Source: Microbacterium sp. (GTDB lineage Bacteria; Actinomycetota; Actinomycetes; Actinomycetales; Microbacteriaceae). From it: DNA of 62,187 nt. The position numbers and the translations under genes are program-made. The notes under the pieces were generated by a model, which searched no databases, was not told the DNA's origin, and worked only from the letters and a program-made list of their open reading frames with translations. Below are positions 36,618-46,169 of the stretch, piece after piece. The number at the start of each line of letters is the position of its first letter. The first letter of the stretch is position 1. The DNA is taken from assembly GCA_050701935.1 (NCBI GenBank), contig JBOGEI010000001.1:1-62187 (forward strand). The letters run 5' to 3'.

Positions 36618-38335
36618 GGGGGCTCGCCGGCGCCGCGCTGAGCGCCGTCGCCAACGGTCGCTTCGTCACGCCCTGGTCGGTCGCGATCTCACTCCCCCTA
36701 TCGCTGACGGTGATGGCACCGGTCGGGTACGGCATCGAACCGCTGGCCGTCGTGCCCGCCATGATCGCGACGTGGATCTGCTTCGCGACGGCTCTCGCGG
36801 CGGTCGCCGTCATCGAGCGGACGATGCGCAGGACACGGACGAGAACCGTCATCGTCATCCTCGGAGTCCTCCTCTGCGCGGCGATGCGCCCGGTGGTGCA
36901 GGACGCTTGGCTCCACCTCATCGGGCTTCCCGCGCCGCCTATCGATCAGCTGCCGTTCCGTATGGCGACGAACGTCTTCGTGTGGGTGGTCGTGCTGAGC
37001 ATCGTCGCTGTGCTCGAGGAATCGCTGCGATCGCTGCGGCGCACGAACACGCTCCTGCGATCCGTCGTCGCTGCGCTGTCTCAGGCTCAAGGGCGCGCGC
37101 AGGCCTTCGCTCAAGAAGCACGGCAGTTGCTCGAGGAGGCGCAGTCTGCCCTCGGCACCGCGATCGACGAGCTGCGTCCGACGTCGGCCGAAGTGCGGCG
37201 ACTCGGCGAAGAGGATCTCCGCGCCTGGAGCCACCGGTTCGCCGCACTCGCCGACGCGAGCGATGAAGGAGACGAGAGCGTCGTGCACGCTCTTCGCCCC
37301 GACGACCGAGCCACGCGACGGTCGGCGGTGCTCCCGCTGACGATGTTCCGCCTTCCGCCGCCCGGCATCGTCACCGTCCTGTACGCCGTCTGCCTCCTCC
37401 CCTACGCGGCGCGCACGCAAGAGCCGGTCGACCTGATCACGGGCGCGGCCGTGCTCCTCCTCGGCGGTGCGATCGTGGATGCCGTGCCCCGTCGACGCGC
37501 GACAGCCCGGACTCCCCGAAAGGCGAACCGACTCTTCCTCCTGCTCTCGGCCACGGTCGGCCTCACCCTCTCGGCGCTCGCCGCGGCGCACGGAGTGGCC
37601 CCGATCATCGCCCTGGTATCAGCCATCGCGTATGTCGGGTTCGCCTTCGCCGCAGGAGCGTGCACCGGTGCATTGCACAGCCTTCGGCGGGAGCAGCACC
37701 GGTTGTCGGGCGCCATATCCCACGCCCAACGAGCGACGCGTGCCGGCACCCGCCCCACACGCCAAGCGCTGCAGGACACCGCCGAGCTGCTGCATCGAGA
37801 TGGTCAGGGCGCGTGCGTCGTCTTCGCCATGGCCCATGCCGCGCCCACGTTGATCGAGATCCGAGATCTCCAGCACGACCTCACCGCCGTCGTCGACCGG
37901 ATGCCGAGCGTGTTCGCCGCCGCGCACCGCCCCGCAGGCCAGGTCTCACTGACCGGACTGCTCGACACATGGGCGCACGTGATCGCCCTCCACACCGACA
38001 TCGACGACGACTCGTTCCTCGCCCTGCAGAAGACGCCATGGATCGCGCAGGACTGCTACGACGTCATCGCCGAGGGATTGCTGAACGTCGCGAAACACGG
38101 GAGCGAGCGACGAGCGGACGTTTCATTGATCAGGGTGTCGACCGGCGCCGGCCCTCGACTGAGGGTGAGAGTGACGTCGATCGGAGAGGCACCTCCCGGC
38201 ACCCGGCTGCGCGCGTCTTCGCGGATGCACCGGCTCGGAGCACGTCTCATCCCCCATCCCGGTGCCGTCACCCTCGAAGCGCTCTTCCCGCTCACGGCTG
38301 ATCCCGTTGTCGTGTCAGCCGAACATCGCGCCTGA
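36614..38335 (+). CDS. Multi-TM sensor histidine kinase-like protein with degenerate ATP-binding boxes
   Basis: ATGA overlap with the regulator; H-box-like AELLH and N-box EGLLNVAKHG; two TM clusters. Confidence 0.6.
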   Translation: MRGLAGAALSAVANGRFVTPWSVAISLPLSLTVMAPVGYGIEPLAVVPAMIATWICFATALAAVAVIERTMRRTRTRTVIVILGVLLCAAMRPVVQDAWLHLIGLPAPPIDQLPFRMATNVFVWVVVLSIVAVLEESLRSLRRTNTLLRSVVAALSQAQGRAQAFAQEARQLLEEAQSALGTAIDELRPTSAEVRRLGEEDLRAWSHRFAALADASDEGDESVVHALRPDDRATRRSAVLPLTMFRLPPPGIVTVLYAVCLLPYAARTQEPVDLITGAAVLLLGGAIVDAVPRRRATARTPRKANRLFLLLSATVGLTLSALAAAHGVAPIIALVSAIAYVGFAFAAGACTGALHSLRREQHRLSGAISHAQRATRAGTRPTRQALQDTAELLHRDGQGACVVFAMAHAAPTLIEIRDLQHDLTAVVDRMPSVFAAAHRPAGQVSLTGLLDTWAHVIALHTDIDDDSFLALQKTPWIAQDCYDVIAEGLLNVAKHGSERRADVSLIRVSTGAGPRLRVRVTSIGEAPPGTRLRASSRMHRLGARLIPHPGAVTLEALFPLTADPVVVSAEHRA

Positions 38336-38404
38336 GCACCGATATCTCGGCCGTAACGTCGTCTTCGCCTCGCCCCAGGCGGCCTCGAAGACGAACGGAC
38401 TCGA

Positions 38405-39079
38405 ATGGACCAGCTCCACGATCTCATTCCCCTGGCCGTCGGCATGCTCATCTCGCCGCTGCCCATCGTGGCGATCGTGGCGATCGTCCTCGCTCCTCGC
38501 GGGCGCACGGCGGCACCCGCGTATGCGTCGGTGTTCATCGGCATCTCCCTCGTGTTCGTCGCGGTCGGCGCTCTCACATCTGCGAGCTCGTCATCGGCGT
38601 CCCCGTCCGGTACCGCGAAGACCATCTCCTTCGTCCTCGCGATCGTGCTGACGCTCGGCTTCGCCGCACTCGCGGTCGCGAGCTGGCTGTCGCGTCCACG
38701 TCATGGACAGGCTCCGAAAGCGCCCGCGTGGCTGGCTGCGCTCGACTCCGTCACCCCGGCGAAGGCAGCGGTACTGGGGCTGATCATGGCGCTGACGAAC
38801 ACGAAGAACATCCCACTCGCGCTGAAGGGCGGCTCCCTGATCGGCGAAGCCCACCTCCCACTGATCGCTGCGGGAGGGCTGTGCCTCGCACTCGTCATCG
38901 CAGGTTCGCTGCCACTGATCATCGCTGCCGTCGTGGCCACGAGCGGATCGAAGACGACCACCACGGCACTCGAGCGGGTCAAGGCGGAGATGATCGCCCA
39001 CAACGCGATGATCATGACGGTTCTGTTCGCGATCCTCGCCGCCAACGAAGCCGCCCAGGTCGTCCGCCACCTGAGCTGA
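38405..39079 (+). CDS. GAP/Sap-family membrane protein (LysE superfamily)
   Basis: LPLAVGxxISPLP-like start, PAWL, NTKN, HNAMIM; about 6 TMs. Confidence 0.75.
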   Translation: MDQLHDLIPLAVGMLISPLPIVAIVAIVLAPRGRTAAPAYASVFIGISLVFVAVGALTSASSSSASPSGTAKTISFVLAIVLTLGFAALAVASWLSRPRHGQAPKAPAWLAALDSVTPAKAAVLGLIMALTNTKNIPLALKGGSLIGEAHLPLIAAGGLCLALVIAGSLPLIIAAVVATSGSKTTTTALERVKAEMIAHNAMIMTVLFAILAANEAAQVVRHLS

Positions 39080-39106
39080 ACCACGACCACGTAAGGAGCA
39101 GCACCC

Positions 39107-40699
39107 ATGCCAGAAGGGCATCTCCGCATCGACGATGAGACCTGCATCGCCACGGCCCCGGCCGGCACCTTTCGAGGCCGCGTCTCTTGTGCGGTGCGGT
39201 CGTGGCGAGGGATCCGCTACGCCCAGGCGCCGGTGGGACCATTGCGCTGGCGCGATCCTCTGGCATCTCCCGTCGCCGCCGAGGAGGTCGATGCCACCGC
39301 CTACGGGAACGTGTGCCCGCAGAAGATCAACCCTGCCGTGCCGCTGGGCGACGACGCGGTGATGGACGAGGACTGCCTCGTGCTGAACGTGTGGGCTCCG
39401 TCAGGACCACGCGAAGAAGCACTGCCCGTGATGGTCTGGCTTCACGGCGGTGCCTACACGTTCGGGTCGTCGAGTCAGCCGCTGTTCGACGCGACATCGC
39501 TCTCGAGTCGGGGCGACGTCGTGGTCGTGACCGTCAACTATCGCCTCGGCGCATTCGGCTTTCTGGATCTCGCCGGCCTCCTGCCCGACGGGGGCTTCGA
39601 TCGCAACCTGGCGTTGAAGGACGCGATGCTCGCGTTGCGCTGGGTGCAGGAGAACATCTCCGCATTCGGGGGCGATGCGGAGAGGGTGACGCTGTTCGGG
39701 GAGTCCGCGGGAGGAGGGCTCGTGACGACGCTGCTGGCGACGCCTTCGGCCGAAGGTCTGTTCGCCCGCGCCATCGCGCAGTCCTCCCCTGCCTCGAGCA
39801 TGTACGGGATCGAGCGAGCGCGTGACGTCGCCGCCCGGTTCGTGCATGAACTGGGCATCGATTCGACGGATGCTGCGGCAGGTGCGGGGGCACTGCGCGC
39901 GGCATCCGTCGATGACATCGTGGCGGCCGGCATGGCTGTGTACTCGGCAGTGCCCGACGCCGCGCCGGGGATCCTCGCCTTCGCACCCGTCATCGACGGC
40001 GACCTGCTTCCGGAAGCGCCGGTCACCGTGCTGCGGGAGGGACGCGGCATCCGAGTCCCTCTCATGATCGGGACGAACAAGGACGAGGCTTCGCTGTTCA
40101 AGTTCATGAAGTCACCGCTCATCCCGATCACCGGCGACCGCATCCGGCAGATGTTCGCCGACATGGCCGAAGACAACCCCACGATCGAGCTGCCCTCCGT
40201 CGCTCAGGTGCACACGGCGTACGAGAACGTACGGCAGCGCACCGTGGGTCTCGGCATCGCCCGAGACATCGGGTTCCGCATGCCGACCCTGTGGATCGCG
40301 GAAGGGCACAGCACCGTCGCGGACGTGTGGCTGTATCGCTTCGATCATGCCGCGCCGTTCCTGCGGCTGATCGGGCTGGGTGCGACGCACGCGACCGAAC
40401 TGCCGTACCTGTGGGGCAATCTGTCGGGCGGTCCGAAGGATCCGACGTTCCGGCTGGGCGGCCGTCGTGCGGCTGAGGAGATCTCAGCGCGCATGCAGGA
40501 TCGATGGACCGCGTTCGCCCACGGCCTGACACCCGATGCTGCTGCGGAGACCGATGCTCCCAGCTGGTTGCCGTACTCCGCGGTGGCGTCAGAAGACGGT
40601 CGTCAGACGCTCGTGATCGAGCGGAAGGACGCCCTTGTCACCGATCTCGATGCCCCCCTGCGAGCCGCGTGGGGCGACGAGGTGCTCGACTTCCGCTGA
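39107..40699 (+). CDS. Type B carboxylesterase/lipase
   Basis: EDCLVLNVW, HGGAY, GESAGG nucleophile, HATEL. Confidence 0.92.
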   Translation: MPEGHLRIDDETCIATAPAGTFRGRVSCAVRSWRGIRYAQAPVGPLRWRDPLASPVAAEEVDATAYGNVCPQKINPAVPLGDDAVMDEDCLVLNVWAPSGPREEALPVMVWLHGGAYTFGSSSQPLFDATSLSSRGDVVVVTVNYRLGAFGFLDLAGLLPDGGFDRNLALKDAMLALRWVQENISAFGGDAERVTLFGESAGGGLVTTLLATPSAEGLFARAIAQSSPASSMYGIERARDVAARFVHELGIDSTDAAAGAGALRAASVDDIVAAGMAVYSAVPDAAPGILAFAPVIDGDLLPEAPVTVLREGRGIRVPLMIGTNKDEASLFKFMKSPLIPITGDRIRQMFADMAEDNPTIELPSVAQVHTAYENVRQRTVGLGIARDIGFRMPTLWIAEGHSTVADVWLYRFDHAAPFLRLIGLGATHATELPYLWGNLSGGPKDPTFRLGGRRAAEEISARMQDRWTAFAHGLTPDAAAETDAPSWLPYSAVASEDGRQTLVIERKDALVTDLDAPLRAAWGDEVLDFR

Positions 40700-40724
40700 G
40701 TTCGGATGCGCGATCCCGCCCGGA

Positions 40725-41000
40725 TCAGCCGCCTTGCATCTGACGAGCGACCTCGTTCGCGAGGTCGCTCTCCGTGCCGTAGTACCCGTCCCCGATGAAG
40801 TGCGCTGCGTAGAAGGTCTCGCCGTACTGGTTCGTGTACATGAACTCGCCGCCTGGGGCGGACCCCAGATAGGACCAGGCGAAGACGGTGTCGTAGCGGA
40901 TCCCGCTCTCGTCTTCGACTGCTTGCGCGGCCAGCGGCGCACCGGCGGCGAGCACCAGACCTACCGCCAGACCTACCGCCGTGAGTCGATTCCTCTTCAT
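40725..41000 (-). CDS. Small secreted hypothetical protein (91 aa)
   Basis: Sec signal MKRNRLTAVGLAVGLVLAAGAPLAAQA; RBS GGGAG. Confidence 0.7.
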   Translation of the reverse strand: MKRNRLTAVGLAVGLVLAAGAPLAAQAVEDESGIRYDTVFAWSYLGSAPGGEFMYTNQYGETFYAAHFIGDGYYGTESDLANEVARQMQGG

Positions 41001-41229
41001 CTCATCGCTCCCATTCACTTGCTCATCTGTCGAGCCGGGCGTACGCCGCGGGAGATTCACGCTATCGACCGGCGATCGCCTGATCGATAGGGGTTTCCCG
41101 AGAATCGAGTTCCGGTTTTCCGTCTTGCTGGACCATTCCGAGTAGACAAGCACGACGGTGTGTCACGCCAACCGCAGTTCGTGGGCGTGCGCGACGAATC
41201 CTGAACAGCAGGTTGCGTGCCACGCTTCA

Positions 41230-41282
41230 GGAAACGAAGAAAGCCCCGGAGCGCCGCGTGTTTCTGCGGTTCTCCGGGGCTT
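41230..41282 (-). terminator. Terminator of tRNA-Pro
   Basis: AAGCCCCGGAG...CTCCGGGGCTT stem followed on the minus strand by a T-rich tract. Confidence 0.75.
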
Positions 41283-41285
41283 ATC

Positions 41286-41362
<77 letters not shown>

Positions 41363-41468
41363 TTGATCTGCACTCTCGCGCAGGCAACTCCCCTATCTTA
41401 GCCGCATCACGCGCCCCTCCGCGAACCGGCCCGTTGCGAGTGTCGCACAGCCGGCGTAGCGTCGCGGC

Positions 41469-42053
41469 ATGGCGACGATCACGACCGAGATGGCGACGGC
41501 TGCCCGCTGGGATGATGTGCAGCACACGCTCACCGGCGGCGGCGACGGCGCCAGCTGCCAGTGCATCTGGCCGGTCCTAAGCAACAAGGACTGGAACACG
41601 ACGACCACCCCGCAGCGCACCGAGATGTTCCGGGCGGAGATCAACGCCGGCCCGCCTCCGGGCATCGTCGCCTACGTCGACGGCGACCCCGCGGGCTGGA
41701 TACGCATCGGCCCGCGCACCCGCCAGGCTCGGATCGCCCGTACGCGCATCATCGCGGCCGCGAGCACCGAGCCCTTCGACGACGAGTCGGTGTGGGCGGT
41801 GACGTGCTTCGTCGTGCGCAGAGAGCACCGCGGCTCCGGCCTCAACCTCGAGCTGCTCGAGGCGGCGGTGGAGTACGCCCGCGAGTCCGGAGCCCGCGTC
41901 ATCGAGGGATACCCCATCGATACGCGGGGCGAGAAGCAGCACTCCAACGACCTGTTCCACGGCACGCTCGGCACCTTCCTCGCAGCCGGCTTCGCCGAGA
42001 AGACCGACCTCAAACCGGGCCGTGCGCTCGTCGCACTCGAGCTCGCCACGTGA
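41469..42053 (+). CDS. GNAT acetyltransferase
   Basis: CQC N-terminus, WAVTCFVVRREHRGSG, IEGYP, FHGT. Confidence 0.88.
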   Translation: MATITTEMATAARWDDVQHTLTGGGDGASCQCIWPVLSNKDWNTTTTPQRTEMFRAEINAGPPPGIVAYVDGDPAGWIRIGPRTRQARIARTRIIAAASTEPFDDESVWAVTCFVVRREHRGSGLNLELLEAAVEYARESGARVIEGYPIDTRGEKQHSNDLFHGTLGTFLAAGFAEKTDLKPGRALVALELAT

Positions 42054-42087
42054 TCGCGCGATGCCCACGAGCCGCTAGCGTGATGGC

Positions 42088-42543
42088 ATGAGCGACGAGA
42101 GCACGACCATCGACGATCCAGAACTCGGCACGTTCGACCGGGCCCGCTCCGAGCTCACCGACGGCACGGTGCTGACGCACGACTGGTTCGTCGGGACGGT
42201 CTCCGTGGAGGGCTCCGAGCTCGAGCTCATGCTCGAGGGCACGACGCCCGACGAAGTCGCCCCGCTCCTTCCGCGGATGCGCGACACGGTCAAGCGACTC
42301 TCCGCGCTGCGTCGCATCGCGACCGACGCCGTGATCAGGAACTTCAGCACAGGCGAGCTCCAAGCCCACGAGCTCGACGAAGCGGCATCAGACCTCACGA
42401 TCGAGGCGATCGAAGCAGCAGCCGACGGCACCGTCATCCTGCACCTGATCGACAGCTGCGGCGAGCATTTCCCGGAGGGATACTGGCCCGCTGTGCACCT
42501 GAGCGTCGACGACAGCGTCGCTCAGGTCACCGTCGAATCGTGA
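42088..42543 (+). CDS. Acidic hypothetical protein
   Basis: 151-aa ORF with leaderless-type start TAGCGT-N6-ATG. Confidence 0.7.
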   Translation: MSDESTTIDDPELGTFDRARSELTDGTVLTHDWFVGTVSVEGSELELMLEGTTPDEVAPLLPRMRDTVKRLSALRRIATDAVIRNFSTGELQAHELDEAASDLTIEAIEAAADGTVILHLIDSCGEHFPEGYWPAVHLSVDDSVAQVTVES

Positions 42544-42605
42544 GCGGGGGGCGCCCCCTGAGCCCTCCGGCGGAGTCGTCGACTCCCCGACCATACGATG
42601 GGGGG

Positions 42606-43274
42606 ATGCAGCGCCGCGCACGGCCCACCGCCTTCGCGTGGGCGTTCCTCCCGTTCGTCGTGGTGTCGATACTTCATGTCGCACTTCTCGCCGCGGACAA
42701 CCCGCTCGCCGGCCCGACGAAGCTCCTGCTTATGCCCATGCTCGCCGTCCCCGTGCTGGTGTCCGTGCGTCGCCTGAGGCCACGCACGACACTGTTTCTT
42801 CTACTCGCCGCCCTGGCCTTCTCCTGGCTCGGCGACGGCGCAGGGGCGGTCTGCCCCTGGGCGCCCGAGCTGCCCCTGATGCTGCTGTTCTTCGGCATCG
42901 CCCACGTGGCATACATCGTGCTGTTCGCGCGGCATCTGGCGATCCGCCGGACGCCGTGGTGGGCTCTCGTCTACGCCGCTTGGTGGATCGGAATGATCGC
43001 GTTCCTGGGTCCGCACACCGGCGGCCTACTGATCGGGGTCGCCGTCTACGGACTCGTGCTGGGTGGGACCGCTGCCCTCTCCACCCGCTGCCACCCTCTC
43101 GTCGCGGTAGGCGGCGCCTTCTTCCTGGCCAGCGACACGATCCTCGCGTTCCGCCTGTTCCTCCCTGATTCGCTGCCGTCGTGGAGCAGCCCAGCGGTGA
43201 TGATCACCTACACGATCGGGCAGGGCCTCATCGTCGCCGGTGCCCTGATCGCGCTCCGGAGGAGGACCTCCTGA
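42606..43274 (+). CDS. Lysoplasmalogenase (YhhN family)
   Basis: TKLLLMP, FSWLGD, FGIAHVAY, FLASD, TYTIGQ. Confidence 0.88.
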   Translation: MQRRARPTAFAWAFLPFVVVSILHVALLAADNPLAGPTKLLLMPMLAVPVLVSVRRLRPRTTLFLLLAALAFSWLGDGAGAVCPWAPELPLMLLFFGIAHVAYIVLFARHLAIRRTPWWALVYAAWWIGMIAFLGPHTGGLLIGVAVYGLVLGGTAALSTRCHPLVAVGGAFFLASDTILAFRLFLPDSLPSWSSPAVMITYTIGQGLIVAGALIALRRRTS

Positions 43275-43645
43275 TGGACGCCGCACGTGTGGACAGCTGG
43301 CTCTGGGCGATCCGGGTGTACAAGACGCGCTCGGCCGCGACGACTGCATGCCGCGCAGGGCATGTTCGCGTCAACGGCGACAAGGTCAAAGCAGCGCAGC
43401 AGGTGCGAGTGGGCGACGAGGTGCGCATCCGCATCGCAGGGTTCGACCGGATCCTCATCGTCCGCCAGCTTCTGGTCAAGCGCGTAGGAGCACCGGTCGC
43501 CGCGCTGGCATACGACGACAAGACTCCGGAGCGAGAGCCACAGGCGGCGCTCGGCCTGCGCGATCGCGGTGCCGGACGCCCCACCAAGCGCGAGCGCCGC
43601 GATATCGACAGGCTACGCGGTCGAGACGACGACCGCCCCGACTGA
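43274..43645 (+). CDS. S4-domain RNA-binding protein (Hsp15-like)
   Basis: RVDSWLWAIRVYKTRS and GRPTKRERR; TGATG overlap. Confidence 0.9.
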   Translation: MDAARVDSWLWAIRVYKTRSAATTACRAGHVRVNGDKVKAAQQVRVGDEVRIRIAGFDRILIVRQLLVKRVGAPVAALAYDDKTPEREPQAALGLRDRGAGRPTKRERRDIDRLRGRDDDRPD

Positions 43646-43681
43646 TATCTCGGCATCCATCGCTTCCGCAGAGTTCACTTT

Positions 43682-43697
43682 TCGTAGTTTTGTTCTA
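43682..43697. promoter_or_regulatory. Putative LexA box overlapping the -10 of the DUF222 gene
   Basis: TCGTAG-TTTT-GTTCTA running into TAAACT-N7-ATG. Confidence 0.5.
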
Positions 43698-43708
43698 AAC
43701 TCGAAGAC

Positions 43709-45130
43709 ATGACGAACCCTACCGATCTCGACCTCGGACTCGAGGATCGACAACGCGTCTTGGACGCGTGGGTCACCACGAGACGTCGGATCGCTGCACT
43801 CGAAGCGGAGGCAGCCGAGCTGCTGATGGCGCAGATCGTCATCCACGATGCCGACGTCGCATCGAGCCCGTTCCACCGCGAGGCGATCTACCGATCGATG
43901 GTCGCAGAGTTCTCCGCCGCCGGGCACGTCTCGAAGGGTTCGATGGCGTTCGCCTTCGCAGACGCTCAGGCGCTGCACACGCACCTCCCCCGCATCCGTG
44001 CCGCGTTCGTGAGCGGTGGGATCAGCGTCGGACATGTGCGCGAGATCGCCAGGGCGAGTGCAGTCGTCGCCGAAGCCGTCCGAAACCAGAAAGCCGATGC
44101 CGCGGTCATGGAACTCTTCGAGACGGCGGTGCTCATCGTTGCAGAACACGACACGGCAGCCCGCACGAAGGCTCATGCGCGTCAGGTCGCCGCCGCCCTC
44201 GTGGGCGAGACGCTCGTCGACAGGCATCGGCGCGCCGCAGGAGAACGGTGTGTCACGGTGAAGTCTCTCGACGACGGGCTGGCTCTGCTCACCGCCGTGC
44301 TCCCCGAGTGGATCGCGACCGCGATCTCGGACAGGCTGAACCGCATGACCCGCGAGGTCGTGCGCGCCCGACGCGACCGCGAGATCGCACCGATGCCGTG
44401 GTGGTACGAGGCCGATGGCGACAACCTCCGCCCTGAAGACTTCTCCCTCGACGACCCGTCATTCGATCTCTTCGACGTCGGGGTGATTCGCGGCACCGAA
44501 GGCGACACGTTCGCAACCGACCCCACGATCGAGCAGTTCCCGGCCGACACCCGGACGTGGGCGCAGACCCAGGCCGACCTCTTCACCGACCTGCTCCTGA
44601 CCGCAGACCCGAGCGCCGCGAACGGAGACGGTCTCGACGGTATCCACGCCCGCGTTCAGGTGACGGTAGCTGCGACCACCCTCGCCGGCATCGACGACCG
44701 TCCGGCTGAACTCGACGGTCACGGCCCTTTGCACCCCGATATCGCCCGCCAACTCGCGGGGCACAATACCGGTTGGACCCGCCTGTTCCTTGATCCGACC
44801 GGGATGGTGGTCGAAACCGACACGTATACGCCGACCGAGGGGATGCGGCGCTTTCTCCGCGCTCGCGATCGGCACTGCCGATTCCCGGGCTGCCGCATGC
44901 CGGTGCATCGCAGCGAGATCGACCACAATCACGATCATGCGAAGGGCGGGAAGACCAGACTCGACAACCTCGGCCACTTCTGTCGAAGCCACCACACGCT
45001 GAAGCACCCGGATATCCCCGAGGCGCATCGCTGGACCGCCCAGCAGGAGAAGGACGGCAGCATCATGTGGCACAGTCCGCTGGGACGCGACTACGCCGAC
45101 CCACCGCCCCGACGTGTGATGTTCGTCTGA
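43709..45130 (+). CDS. DUF222 / HNH endonuclease (13E12 repeat family-like)
   Basis: ELDGHGP, RDRHCRFPGC, IDH...GGKTRLDNLGHFCRSHHTLKH. Confidence 0.9.
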   Translation: MTNPTDLDLGLEDRQRVLDAWVTTRRRIAALEAEAAELLMAQIVIHDADVASSPFHREAIYRSMVAEFSAAGHVSKGSMAFAFADAQALHTHLPRIRAAFVSGGISVGHVREIARASAVVAEAVRNQKADAAVMELFETAVLIVAEHDTAARTKAHARQVAAALVGETLVDRHRRAAGERCVTVKSLDDGLALLTAVLPEWIATAISDRLNRMTREVVRARRDREIAPMPWWYEADGDNLRPEDFSLDDPSFDLFDVGVIRGTEGDTFATDPTIEQFPADTRTWAQTQADLFTDLLLTADPSAANGDGLDGIHARVQVTVAATTLAGIDDRPAELDGHGPLHPDIARQLAGHNTGWTRLFLDPTGMVVETDTYTPTEGMRRFLRARDRHCRFPGCRMPVHRSEIDHNHDHAKGGKTRLDNLGHFCRSHHTLKHPDIPEAHRWTAQQEKDGSIMWHSPLGRDYADPPPRRVMFV

Positions 45131-45157
45131 GTCACTCTTGCCAAGAGTCGGAGCGGG

Positions 45158-46108
45158 TCAACGATCCGTGAGGAGTTCGCGAAGCCATCCCGCTGAGCGA
45201 ACCTGAGCGGCCCCGGCGACCTGCACCCTTTCCCGGAGTTCCCGGTCACTCGTCACGGCCACGACCGTCTGCAACCCGGCGACGCGACGCTCGACCTCGG
45301 CGACGATCGCATCGTCACCTGCTGCCTCAGCGCGGACGACGGCGACGGTGCTCGCGTCAGCGCTCGCGCCGGTGCTCGCGTCGGTGCTCGCGTCGGCGCT
45401 CGAGTCGGTGTCGATGCCACGAGCCTGCCCCTCGACCACCATCGACACGTCGGGGAACCACACGTCCCCCGAGAGCTCCAGTGCACCCGCGGGCACAGCC
45501 AGATGCTCCAGGCGGGTGCGAAGGCGGGATGCCGCCCCGGCACGATCCTTCCACCACCCGTCCGGCACCGAACCGACCACATTCGCGGCATCGACCACTA
45601 CCGCCGGCCGCACCTCGAGTAGTGCACGCAGCGCCGGCCACGACGAACCGAATCCCGGATGCAGCGGCCGCGCATCGACCTGGTCGACGGGCACCCATTC
45701 CAGCGCAACACTCTCCGGATCGCTGATCACCGGATCGAACGGCACCTGCACGTCGGCGACGACTGTCGTGTACGACCAGATGCCCAGATCGAGGACACTC
45801 GTGAATCGCGCACGCACCGCGCCGTCCGGCACACCAGCTTCCTCCTGGGCCTCGCGGATCGCTCCGCCGATCGCGCTCTCCCCCTCGTGCAGCGCCCCGC
45901 CCGGCAGACCCCAGGTGCCCCCGAAGTGGCTCCACGAGACACGGTGCTGCAGCAGGATGCCTCGCGCGGGGTCGTAGGCGAGAAGGCCGGCAGCGCCGAA
46001 GCGCCCCCAGTACTTCTCCCCCGAGTCTGCGATCACCCAGGCATCACCCGGGTTCCGCGGCCCCTCGGGGCGACGCGGTTCACCAGCAGCAGGAGGTACG
46101 ACGGTCAC
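45158..46108 (-). CDS. Nudix hydrolase fused to a NYN/PIN-like domain
   Basis: Nudix box GGALHEGESAIGGAIREAQEEAG; C-terminal VVDAANV...VVEG...GDDAI...VTSDREL. Confidence 0.8.
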   Translation of the reverse strand: MTVVPPAAGEPRRPEGPRNPGDAWVIADSGEKYWGRFGAAGLLAYDPARGILLQHRVSWSHFGGTWGLPGGALHEGESAIGGAIREAQEEAGVPDGAVRARFTSVLDLGIWSYTTVVADVQVPFDPVISDPESVALEWVPVDQVDARPLHPGFGSSWPALRALLEVRPAVVVDAANVVGSVPDGWWKDRAGAASRLRTRLEHLAVPAGALELSGDVWFPDVSMVVEGQARGIDTDSSADASTDASTGASADASTVAVVRAEAAGDDAIVAEVERRVAGLQTVVAVTSDRELRERVQVAGAAQVRSAGWLRELLTDR

Positions 46109-46169
46109 CCCCTCAGCCTTTCACAGCATCGGGGTCGCAGCACCACGGCGCGACACGCGCCGGAACAGA

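Noticed and set aside
23256..41285. Integrative element at tRNA-Pro
   Set aside because: No integrase, and I saw no repeat of the tRNA 3' end by eye; an exact search was not run
43632..45113. 11-bp match ACCGCCCCGAC near both ends of the DUF222 gene as a target-site duplication
   Set aside because: GC-rich, and the second copy lies inside the coding sequence; consistent with chance
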